From NCBI GenBank assembly GCA_016192945.1, contig JACPTE010000021.1:3989-67988 (forward strand): a stretch of 64,000 nt of DNA, in the 5' to 3' direction. Made by a program: the position numbers and the translations under genes. The notes under the pieces are model-generated. The model was given only the letters and a program-made list of their open reading frames with translations, did no database searches and was not told the DNA's origin. This DNA is from Candidatus Woesearchaeota archaeon. GTDB lineage: Archaea > Nanobdellota > Nanobdellia > Woesearchaeales > UBA10216. Of this stretch, positions 1 to 8,494 are shown one piece after another. The stretch's first letter is position 1; each line of letters begins with the position of its first letter.

Positions 1-2754
1 TGAATTGGTTGAGTCATTCACAGATATATTCAGCCTGACAAAGCTTGAAGCATTAATAACAGCGCTGAAGCTGTTTATTATAGTATCATTCATGTTGCTG
101 GACAGGTTTAGCGCGAGTATATTAGGCAGCGCATTATCAATGATGATTGTCGTGTTTATGTAGCTGGCATTGTAGTTGCCTGCAGCGTCAGTCACGTTAA
201 CAGTGAAAAGCAGTGTGCCGTTGATAAATGCGCTGGTGCTTACATTCGCATACCAGTAATTAGTTCCAGGATTATTAGTCATCAATGATGCAGGGCCTGC
301 CGAGCCGTTAACCCACCAGTAGGAAACATTGGTGACGTTGGTGTCATCGCCCACTGTGTAGTTCAGGACAAATGTGCCTGAAACATTAGAGCCTGTATTG
401 GCTACAGTGTTGCTGGCATTAATCGTAGGCTTCCTTATATCAATAGTGACCTCCAGGGATGTGTTCGCTGAAGTGAAATTCGCCTGGTCTGTCACGTTGA
501 ACATGAACTCCACAATGTTGCCGTGCACAACAGAGAGGTCGTTATTCAGGTCAATAGAGCGGTTGCAGAAGAAATTCGGCGAAGTGCCTGAACAAGAGAG
601 GTTCCTAAATGCTGTCCATGAAGTTAATCCTGCACCCTTCAGCCTGTAGAAGAGCGTAGCATTGGTAAGCTCTGGAACGAAATTTGTCTCTGTCAGGTTG
701 ATGCTGAATACCTGGGCAGTCACAGCAGTCACATACGTCCTGTTGCTCGGATACGGGCTGAAAAGGCTCGGGTATGTGCCATCAGCAGAGATGTTCAATG
801 TAACATTAGTCAGGTTTGAGTTGCCAGCCCAGTCAGTCGCGTTAATGGTTATGTTCACCAGCTGCCCAACCTTGTATGTGTTTGCAGAGATGTTTGAGGC
901 GTTATACTGACCAGATGTGGATTCATTAGTGGCAACCGCCGAGACATTGCTCATGTAATCTGGAGCGCCCTGGCCAGAGCTGTTAATCCAGTACCACTGG
1001 ACACTCTTAATCCTGCTGCCTGAATCATTAACTGAAACATTAAGCGTGAACATACCACTTGGGCTACTAACATTAACCAGGACAGTAAGCATACTCTGGG
1101 GAGCCAGCACAACAAGTGCGGGGGCAATACTGTCAACCCTTATAGTGAAATTTGTCAGGTTTGAGTTGCCAGCCCAGTCTGATGCGTTGACAGTGATGTT
1201 TGTAAGGCCCTGTGCAAAAGTGGAGGTGTCAACAGTTGCGTTGAAATAGCCGTTATTGCCATTGGACGCAGCAGCAGTAGCAGCAGTACCATTGCTAAGA
1301 GCGTTATATGGACCATAGCCAGAGCTGTTAATCCAGTACCACTGGACACTCTTTATTCCTGAGGAGTTCGTAAAGTCATTCACAGAGACATTAAGCAGGA
1401 AACTGCCAGAGATGTTTGCAGAGCCAGTAGTGTTGCTGGCAGGGCTAATTATGCTCGTTATGGGTGCTGAGTTGTCAACAAACACTGTAACATTTATGTA
1501 GCTGAGGTTGACATTGCCTGCAGCGTCAGTCACATTAATAGTCAGGTTAAGCGTGCCGTTCACGAAATCGGTAGTTGAAACATTGGCATAGTAAAAGTTG
1601 GTTGTAGGAATGTTAGTCATCAAAGTGGCAGGGCCTTTGCCTGAAATATTATTCCACCAGTACGACACAGAGCCGATAGCATATTCGTCGCTTACTGTGT
1701 AGTTCAGGACAAATGTGCCGGAAACATTCTGGCCATTCCCCGGGCCGTTTGTAGCGTTAATCCAGGGATTTCTCTGGTCTATTGTGAAAGTCATTGCAGA
1801 GGCAGATGGCGTTCCACCGTTATCAGTGCCATTGGTTCCTGTAAGGTTGCTGTAGTCAGTTGAATTCCACATGAACTCAACAACCCAGCCGTGAGTGATT
1901 CCTCCCAAGATTGATGAAAGGGTGACATTTATGCTGCAATTCAAGTTAGGTGTGCCTGCTGGTGTGTTCAGTGCAGTAGATGACTCATTACCAAATGCAG
2001 CCGTTCCAAAGGTCTCTGGCTGCGCCGAGCTGTTCTTTCCAGTGCCGCCGACACCAATATTATTTGTACACAGGGTAATGTTTGACTTCCAGCTTGTTGT
2101 GCCAGACCTCCTGTACCATACGCTGACGTTCTTGCTCATAACCAGGTTGTGCTCTGTGACATTAGTTGAAAAGAAAAAATTGGCGATGTTGTTCGTGAAA
2201 GTGTTGTTGCCAGGCGAGACATTAAAGAGTTTAGGCTGGACAGCATCAATTCCGAAAGCCCTGAAAGAGGCATTAGAAGTGTTATAAGTTGAGCCAGTTT
2301 CTGACGCATTGACTGAGCAGTACCAGCCAATGGACTGGCCTATAGTGGTAAGGTTGTCCAGACCTGAGAGATTGAATATGACATTAGTGTTGTTGAAGAG
2401 TGTAGTGCCAGTACCAGTGGTATTTGCCAATGACTGGTTTACCCTCCATGTCCCTGTAATGTTTGTCCACAATGAAACATTAGTCATATTGTTGATTCCT
2501 ATGTTTACATCCTGAACCAGAATGTTGCATGCAAGATTTATAGAGCCGTTGGTTGTCCAGCCATAAACCGGGTAAGTGTGAGCTGTGCCGCCATTAGCCG
2601 CGAAAGCCAGGTAAACACCATAAACCATAATGCCAATGATAGTTGCGAGAAGCAGAATGTGCCATATATTCCTTATGCCGGCATTCCTGCTGAAACCAAG
2701 ATTATTGAAAACATTGAGAACATTCCTGCCACCCTTTTTATCAGCCAAAGACAT
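1..2754 (-). CDS. Large secreted, Asn/Thr-rich surface (S-layer-like) glycoprotein with internal repeats; 3' end runs off the window
   Basis: Not in the ORF track because its stop lies outside the window. Manual translation from ATG 2754 (GGGGTG RBS upstream) gives MSLADKKGGRNVLN...WHILLLATIIGIMVYGVYLAFA-ANGG (signal/TM), followed by very dense N-x-S/T sequons. DNA repeats occur with ~345 and ~1341 bp periods. I translated only the first ~240 codons; continuity beyond that is inferred from the in-frame repeat periods. Confidence 0.8.
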   Translation of the reverse strand, partial: MSLADKKGGRNVLNVFNNLGFSRNAGIRNIWHILLLATIIGIMVYGVYLAFAANGGTAHTYPVYGWTTNGSINLACNILVQDVNIGINNMTNVSLWTNITGTWRVNQSLANTTGTGTTLFNNTNVIFNLSGLDNLTTIGQSIGWYCSVNASETGSTYNTSNASFRAFGIDAVQPKLFNVSPGNNTFTNNIANFFFSTNVTEHNLVMSKNVSVWYRRSGTTSWKSNITLCTNNIGVGGTGKNSSAQPETFGTAAFGNESSTALNTPAGTPNLNCSINVTLSSILGGITHGWVVEFMWNSTDYSNLTGTNGTDNGGTPSASAMTFTIDQRNPWINATNGPGNGQNVSGTFVLNYTVSDEYAIGSVSYWWNNISGKGPATLMTNIPTTNFYYANVSTTDFVNGTLNLTINVTDAAGNVNLSYINVTVFVDNSAPITSIISPASNTTGSANISGSFLLNVSVNDFTNSSGIKSVQWYWINSSGYGPYNALSNGTAATAAASNGNNGYFNATVDTSTFAQGLTNITVNASDWAGNSNLTNFTIRVDSIAPALVVLAPQSMLTVLVNVSSPSGMFTLNVSVNDSGSRIKSVQWYWINSSGQGAPDYMSNVSAVATNESTSGQYNASNISANTYKVGQLVNITINATDWAGNSNLTNVTLNISADGTYPSLFSPYPSNRTYVTAVTAQVFSINLTETNFVPELTNATLFYRLKGAGLTSWTAFRNLSCSGTSPNFFCNRSIDLNNDLSVVHGNIVEFMFNVTDQANFTSANTSLEVTIDIRKPTINASNTVANTGSNVSGTFVLNYTVGDDTNVTNVSYWWVNGSAGPASLMTNNPGTNYWYANVSTSAFINGTLLFTVNVTDAAGNYNASYINTTIIIDNALPNILALNLSSNMNDTIINSFSAVINASSFVRLNISVNDSTNS

Positions 2755-2853
2755 TATTGAGCCACCCCTTTTCTTAAATCAGGAATAAAAAATCACCCTT
2801 TCGGTTATAAACACCCATTTCTTAAATTTTGATAAGCCAATATTTAAACTTTT

Positions 2854-2891
2854 TGGTTTAAACGCATATTTCTGGTTTAAGTGCGTATTTC
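2854..2891. repeat. Tandem 19-bp imperfect direct repeat in a divergent promoter region
   Basis: TGGTTTAAACGCATATTTC / TGGTTTAAGTGCGTATTTC next to an AT-rich TATA-like element upstream of the surface protein gene. Confidence 0.5.
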
Positions 2892-2967
2892 AGCATTGGA
2901 AATGCTGTTGCGCCTCCAATAACAAATTTTAAGTATAGGCAGGTTTTATTTAAATCTTTCTAATCAG

Positions 2968-3309
2968 ATGCTAAAGAACACCAGCAGGGAGACAACATTA
3001 AGCAGCCATCCTATACTTATACAAAGCATTCTCGGAAAGGCAAAGGGGCTGATGTTCTGCACGAGAGTAATAAACCCTCTGATATTTGTTTTCAGCCGTG
3101 AGCGGGCAATAAGCCTGCACATGATGTTCGTCTTATGTACAATTGATGTCATGCTCCTGGACAGCAATAAAAGGGTGGTTGAGCTGAAAAAGAGCCTCAG
3201 GCCATTCACACTATATAATAGCAGGAAGAGGGCAAGATACGTGATTGAGCTGGCTGAGGGGGAAATAGCGCGGAGCATGACAAGGACAGGGGATAAAATT
3301 TATTTTTAA
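2968..3309 (+). CDS. DUF192 (UPF0127) family protein
   Basis: KAKGLMF, LHMMFV..IDV..LD and YVIEL..G motifs. Confidence 0.85.
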   Translation: MLKNTSRETTLSSHPILIQSILGKAKGLMFCTRVINPLIFVFSRERAISLHMMFVLCTIDVMLLDSNKRVVELKKSLRPFTLYNSRKRARYVIELAEGEIARSMTRTGDKIYF

Positions 3310-3360
3310 AGTCTTTCTAATGATTATACGAACTATTTCCGAAAAGAAAATATGGCAGAA

Positions 3361-3371
3361 ATATTTATATA
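3361..3371 (+). promoter_or_regulatory. Archaeal TATA box for the tRNA gene
   Basis: ATATTTATATA preceded by a purine-rich BRE-like stretch, about 40-50 bp upstream of the mature tRNA 5' end. Confidence 0.5.
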
Positions 3372-3411
3372 GACGACCTGGAGATAACATTACTCTCGGA
3401 AGAAGATTTAA

Positions 3412-3580
3412 GGGGACGTCGTATAAGGGATGAAAATCCGTACAACCTGGCATTATCGCTGGCTCCAGCGATGGAGCGATGAGCCTTGTGCGATGATTGA
3501 TTTATTGGCGATACCAGCTGATCGGAGTGCATGAAAGGTAGTTCTCCTTCATGTCCGAAATTCAAATCTCCGCGTCCCCA
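3412..3580 (+). tRNA. trnW: tRNA-Trp(CCA) with three introns: 3427-3445 (15/16), 3469-3512 (37/38), 3528-3560 (53/54)
   Basis: Spliced product is 73 nt. Acceptor GGGGACG/CGTCCCC+A; D arm GTAT-AACCTGGCA-TTAT; anticodon arm GCTGG-CTCCAGA-CCAGC; T arm CGGAG-TTCAAAT-CTCCG; A15:U48 Levitt pair. Each intron boundary folds into a BHB/HBh-type motif. An oligo-T terminator follows. Confidence 0.9.
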
Positions 3581-3581
3581 C

Positions 3582-3588
3582 TTTTTTT
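3582..3588 (+). terminator. Oligo-T archaeal terminator
   Basis: TTTTTTT directly after the tRNA 3' end. Confidence 0.6.
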
Positions 3589-3656
3589 CCATATACTTCC
3601 CAGAAAATAATAAAAGATTTAAAGAGGCTGCTTGTAAAGAATAGAAAAGAGGACGC

Positions 3657-4811
3657 ATGAAAACCAGATTTTTGGAGTCAATAGCAATTCTTGTCGGAGC
3701 AACCATTGGGGCTGGCATTCTTGGGATACCCTATGTTGTGTCAAAGGCAGGATTCTGGACCGGAATCCTCGTAATACTTGTCCTGGGGGCTGCAACCCTG
3801 CTCATAAACCTGTACATGGGAGAGATAGCCCTGAGAACCAGGGGAAACCACCAACTCGCAGGATATGCTGAAAAATACACAGGCAGGATTGGCAAAAACC
3901 TTGCAAGCTGCTTCATGATACTAGGGATTTATGGCGCGCTGACAGCTTACCTTATCGGTGTTGGAAACTCCGCCTCTGCAATCCTGGGGGGAAACACAAT
4001 CCAGTATTCCCTGATATTCTTCATAATAGTGGGGCTTGTAGTGTGGAGGGGCATAAAATCAATAGGCAAGGCAGAGCTTTTGATAACAGCAGCCCTGATA
4101 CTTGTAGTTATAGCGATTCCAGCATTCTCAGCAGGCAGAATGAGCCTGAATAATTTCAGCGGGTTTGACATATACCGGATAATGATACCATACGGGGTTG
4201 TCCTGTTCGCATTCATGGGAACGCCAGCAATACCTGCAATGAAAGAGGAGCTAAACAGCAACAGGAAGCTCCTCAGGAACGCAATAATAATAGGCACACT
4301 CATACCCCTGGTTGTTTACCTGCTATTCCCTGCGGCAGTCATAGGGCTTCTTGGGAACCTTGACAAGCTTGGCGATGGCGAGAGAATAGCAACAGTTGCG
4401 CTAAGCAGGCATATAAGGCCTGAAATAGGAATACTCGCCAATGCCTTTGCAGTGCTTGCAATGACGACTTCATTCATAGCGTTGAGCTTCGCCCTTGGAA
4501 AGACATTCCAGGAAGACTACAGGCTCAGCAGGAAAAAATCATTTGCGATTACATTTGCTGTGCCGATTTCAATATTCATGATAAACGCATTTGTAAGCGT
4601 CACCAACTTCATCAGCATACTTGCCATTGTAGGGGCTGTGACAGGGGGAATCACAGGAATCCTGATAGTTGCTATGCACTACAAGGCTATCAAATCAGGC
4701 GATAGAAAGCCTGAATATTCAATCCCAAACAACATGCTGATAATGGCAATCCTCATAATTATATTTGCCGCAGGGATACTGAACGAGTTGCTGGGAATAA
4801 TAATCCATTAA
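3657..4811 (+). CDS. Aromatic amino acid (Trp/Tyr) permease, HAAAP family
   Basis: GATIGAGILGIP N-terminal motif, ~11 TM helices, AMTTSFIA motif. Confidence 0.85.
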   Translation: MKTRFLESIAILVGATIGAGILGIPYVVSKAGFWTGILVILVLGAATLLINLYMGEIALRTRGNHQLAGYAEKYTGRIGKNLASCFMILGIYGALTAYLIGVGNSASAILGGNTIQYSLIFFIIVGLVVWRGIKSIGKAELLITAALILVVIAIPAFSAGRMSLNNFSGFDIYRIMIPYGVVLFAFMGTPAIPAMKEELNSNRKLLRNAIIIGTLIPLVVYLLFPAAVIGLLGNLDKLGDGERIATVALSRHIRPEIGILANAFAVLAMTTSFIALSFALGKTFQEDYRLSRKKSFAITFAVPISIFMINAFVSVTNFISILAIVGAVTGGITGILIVAMHYKAIKSGDRKPEYSIPNNMLIMAILIIIFAAGILNELLGIIIH

Positions 4812-4830
4812 CCAGAAAAATCGTTATAGC

Positions 4831-6276
4831 CTATTCCTTCTTTTTCATCCTTTCGCTCAGCTCAAGAATGAATATTATCACTGCAAGGATTACAAATCCT
4901 GCCAGGAAATATGCATAATAATCAACAATGAACGACCTGGCCATTGAAAAAGCCCCTGATGCAGGCGAGCTGGAAAGATTTCCCGGAGAGGAGGTTATGC
5001 TCAGGTTTGAGGAAGACTTATTCAGGGAGAATAAGGAAAAAAAGCCTTTCAGGCTGCCTGAAATGTTCAGCCCAGGGCCTGATGGGCTGGCATTCTGGGA
5101 TGGAGCTGCTGGAGCGGCAGGAGGCGGAGCAACAACACCAGCATTGGCTGAATCATTCCTGTAAAGGAATGAGAAAAAATTCAAAGAATCATTGATAGAA
5201 TAATTATTCCTGGAATAGTTTGAGCTGCTCTGGTTTATACCGACAGCCACAGGGCCGAACACCATCATGAAGACTGCTGACACTGCTATCATTGCAGCAA
5301 GTATTAAGAGGATGATGCTGACTAAATTCCAATCCTCCCTGCCTTGTTCAGCCTCATCTTTCAAGGGGAATCTTTTCGCCCATCTGTATTGCCTACCTGA
5401 ATCAGCTGCTGATGGCCTTTTCCTGTCAATCAGCATGGAAGCCTCTTTCTTTGATGAAAGCCTGAATACCGCAACAACCACCAGAAGAATTGCCAGAACA
5501 GCCGGGAAATACAAAAGGGAATCTGAAAGGTATTTCACAGCACCTGAGCCAGAATCCCTCTTGAGCGCTGAAACATTCCCTGAACAGGAAGCGTTTATCA
5601 TCATTGCAAGGCGCACTTTTTCAGAAAACCTGCTTCGCTCCCCATTCACAATCAAGTCAAAAGAGCCGGGCTTTGCATCGCAGGCAGGTGTTGCAAACAC
5701 GCTGACAAGCCCTGTTTCCCCCGAAGCCAAATCCGCCTTTTCAGGAATGACATAAGCATAATCAGATGGCAGGCCGGCAACTGAGAAGGAAAAAGTGTCA
5801 GAATAGCTGCCTGTGTTGTTAATCACAAGCCCGTATGAAAGCGTGCTGCACCTGCAGCCGGAATTATTGGCAGCAGCAACATAAACATCCATGTTCCTGC
5901 AGCCTGAAACCCTCACAGACTGCTTCAGGACCTTTAGCTCGTTATAATTCGTCCTTATTTCAAGCGAAAGGGGATAAACGCCATCACTGCCGCAGGGTGC
6001 GCTTATAAACTCTGAGACAACAGACTCCTCCCCTGGCCCGAGAATGAAGCTTGAGGGATAAACAGAAATAAACCCTGATGCCTCACCACCTGGTGACAGG
6101 AAAAAAGCCCTTGAGGAATCCCCGTAGTTCCTGAAGAAAACCCTCTGCTCAGAAACGCTGCAGCCGCATACGCTGCTTACAGATTCGGAATACGCTGTGA
6201 AATCAGGCGCAGCGGATGCTATGCCTGCGAACAAAATTAGCAAAAACAACGCTGGAATAAAGCCTTTTCTCAACAT
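4831..6276 (-). CDS. Membrane-anchored surface protein (signal peptide, two Cys-flanked Ig-like beta domains, several TM helices)
   Basis: Start MLRKGF at 6276 with GGGGTG RBS; repeated C.C...N.G...D.F units; three hydrophobic segments; sequon-rich low-complexity loop. Confidence 0.7.
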   Translation of the reverse strand: MLRKGFIPALFLLILFAGIASAAPDFTAYSESVSSVCGCSVSEQRVFFRNYGDSSRAFFLSPGGEASGFISVYPSSFILGPGEESVVSEFISAPCGSDGVYPLSLEIRTNYNELKVLKQSVRVSGCRNMDVYVAAANNSGCRCSTLSYGLVINNTGSYSDTFSFSVAGLPSDYAYVIPEKADLASGETGLVSVFATPACDAKPGSFDLIVNGERSRFSEKVRLAMMINASCSGNVSALKRDSGSGAVKYLSDSLLYFPAVLAILLVVVAVFRLSSKKEASMLIDRKRPSAADSGRQYRWAKRFPLKDEAEQGREDWNLVSIILLILAAMIAVSAVFMMVFGPVAVGINQSSSNYSRNNYSINDSLNFFSFLYRNDSANAGVVAPPPAAPAAPSQNASPSGPGLNISGSLKGFFSLFSLNKSSSNLSITSSPGNLSSSPASGAFSMARSFIVDYYAYFLAGFVILAVIIFILELSERMKKKE

Positions 6277-6351
6277 CAAAGCACACCCCCGGAAAACTGA
6301 ATTCCGGAAATCCTTATAGGAAACAAGTTGCCCAAAAAGAAAAAACAACAG

Positions 6352-7653
6352 CTAATAATATGTTTTCGGCTCCCCGCTGCTATCCTCTTCTTCATCTTTG
6401 CCTTTCATTCTGTTGACGATTACCAATAGTGCTACCAGCACAAGAAGCGCAACAAGAACAATAAGCCCAATCTCAAGGTAGCGCTTTACTCCCCCGCCAA
6501 TGCCAATTCCCTGCTGTTCTGAGGCTGTATTGCTGCTGCTGACAATGGCTTTCATATTGACCTGCTCCAATACGCGGCCAGACTGGTCTTTTATTGAAAC
6601 AGCAAACATCCTTTCGCCAACAGGGGCATCAGGGCCTGCTGACACATACAGCGAGACAGTCTTGATTTCGCCAGCACCTGTCACAACAACATTGCTTGGG
6701 CTGAACCTTGATGTTGCCCAGCTGTCAAGCCCGTCAACAGACAATGTGTATGTCTTTGAAGTTGAGCCTGCATTATTAATAGTTATCGGATAAACCCCGC
6801 CAATCCCGCCGGCGACCAAAGTCTGGGGCTCGCTGCTCACGATGACAAAAGCCTTCTCATCAACAGCCTTGGGGCATGTATCACTGCCAACAACATCCAC
6901 CAGCTTTGTTGAAGTCACCTTATCAAAGCCCTCATTATACTCAACTGTAACCCTCACATTATAACCAGCAGGCTTTGCACAGGCAGGAATTCTCAAGAAA
7001 AGCTGCTCTGAGGATGTGCTTTCCCCACCCTCAATCTTGTCAATGAAGTCAGATGACGAAACTCCCAAATCAGGGATGCCTGCCTTTATCTTGATGCCCT
7101 CCTCATCCTGCTGGCCCATGTTCTTGATCCTCACTACCAATGACAATGTCCTGCCAGCGATGACAGATTCCGGGCTTAATGCCACATCCTTTATAACCAA
7201 ATTATGCCTTGGAACATCCACCTTAAGCCTGTAATTCTGGACAAGCTCATCCCCGTTCCTGTCTGTAACCAGAATCCTCAAAAGATAATCATCCTCCTGT
7301 GCAAGCTCAGAAAGCCTTAACTTAAGTATCTTGACATAAGTAACACCATTCTCAACATCAAACAACGGTGTAACGTCTGAGATTGGGTTATCCCTGTTGA
7401 ACTCAAAGCCGCTTATGAAGGCGTGAATCTCAACATCAGAGCCGTTTGAAATTCCTGAAGCCCTTACCTTTACATTGAAATCCTGGCCTCTTACCATGTC
7501 AAGCCTGTTTGAATCAGAAGTAAAAACCTCATCGCCGTTTACCTCAACACTATCTATAACTACAGGCACTGCGTGGGCAGCAGCCGAAAAAATCACCATG
7601 AAAACAGCCATTAAGAACAAACCAGCCAAAGATTTTTTGTTCATATTACCCAT
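6352..7653 (-). CDS. DPANN-type putative S-layer-associated protein (CARDB/NEW3-like Ig domains, C-terminal TM, acidic tail ending YY)
   Basis: Signal peptide ...SAAAHA; V.IKN.G..DE and ITINNAGS..KTY Ig motifs; C-terminal anchor followed by DEEED..KTYY. Confidence 0.7.
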   Translation of the reverse strand: MGNMNKKSLAGLFLMAVFMVIFSAAAHAVPVVIDSVEVNGDEVFTSDSNRLDMVRGQDFNVKVRASGISNGSDVEIHAFISGFEFNRDNPISDVTPLFDVENGVTYVKILKLRLSELAQEDDYLLRILVTDRNGDELVQNYRLKVDVPRHNLVIKDVALSPESVIAGRTLSLVVRIKNMGQQDEEGIKIKAGIPDLGVSSSDFIDKIEGGESTSSEQLFLRIPACAKPAGYNVRVTVEYNEGFDKVTSTKLVDVVGSDTCPKAVDEKAFVIVSSEPQTLVAGGIGGVYPITINNAGSTSKTYTLSVDGLDSWATSRFSPSNVVVTGAGEIKTVSLYVSAGPDAPVGERMFAVSIKDQSGRVLEQVNMKAIVSSSNTASEQQGIGIGGGVKRYLEIGLIVLVALLVLVALLVIVNRMKGKDEEEDSSGEPKTYY

Positions 7654-7798
7654 ACCCCCAAAAGTCATTCAAAACTGTTGCGATAACGATTTGATTTCAA
7701 ACGGATTGAACGCGTCTTATATATAAACTTTTCGTTCTTTTAGCATACAATAGTAGTTACAATAAATCTTTACTTAGTAATAATTATTTTTCTGTAAT

Positions 7799-8494
7799 CT
7801 AACACCTGTCCTTAACAGTGAACTCCAGATATTTAGTCCGCCTTAACATGCCGTTCTTTGCAGTAACCGCCAAATCATAAATCCCCGGCTGTGTGTTTGG
7901 GGGAACCTCAAACAGAATTGCTGCTGTTTTTGACTCGCCAGCCTTCAAGCTGAACGGCCCTGCCTGCCTCTGGTAATCCAGCTCAAGCGAAACTGCGCTG
8001 ACAGTCAAGTCCTTCTGGGGATATACATCAAGGTTCTTCAGCGTTATGAAAGCAGTATCTTCCACACCAGGCATTATGCAGTCTGGAAGGGCAACCTGCT
8101 CAACCATCAAAGCCTGCCTCGGAATGACTATCCTTTCAGGCAATTTCACGTCAACAGTCCAGGACTGGGTGGATGCAAGAACCCCATCTGAGGCTGCCAG
8201 AGTGAATGAATTCAGCCCAAGCTGGTTCCTGTTTGGCTTCCAAGTGACAAAGCCTGTTGCAGGGTCTATGTCTGCTCCCTCAGGCTTTTCAGTCAATGAG
8301 AATGTAACTGCATCACCATCAGGGTCTATCGCGTGAGCAGCGTAGCCATACGTTGCTTTAAAGCTTGTCAGGTCAGGCTCAACAAGCTCTGTAGCGGGTG
8401 TTGATGTTATCCTTGGCGACCGGTCAGTATTACTGACAACAATGCTAATAGTCTCCGAATCAGACAACACACCATCACTCACAGCAAAAGACAC
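7799..8494 (-). CDS. C-terminal part (cadherin/He_PIG-like plus Ig domain) of the frameshifted large surface protein
   Basis: Begins mid-repeat (SFAVSDGVLSDSETISIVV, identical to the upstream ORF); DPDGD.VTFSL..PEGA.ID..TG...W.P cadherin-like motif. Confidence 0.7.
   Translation of the reverse strand: MSFAVSDGVLSDSETISIVVSNTDRSPRITSTPATELVEPDLTSFKATYGYAAHAIDPDGDAVTFSLTEKPEGADIDPATGFVTWKPNRNQLGLNSFTLAASDGVLASTQSWTVDVKLPERIVIPRQALMVEQVALPDCIMPGVEDTAFITLKNLDVYPQKDLTVSAVSLELDYQRQAGPFSLKAGESKTAAILFEVPPNTQPGIYDLAVTAKNGMLRRTKYLEFTVKDRC

Noticed and set aside
374..2760. Short ORFs on both strands in the track
   Set aside because: Shadows of the single long minus-strand surface-protein frame
3365..3718. 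117-aa minus-strand ORF (and 3211-3453)
   Set aside because: Lies antisense to the intron-containing tRNA-Trp and the permease start; no protein motifs
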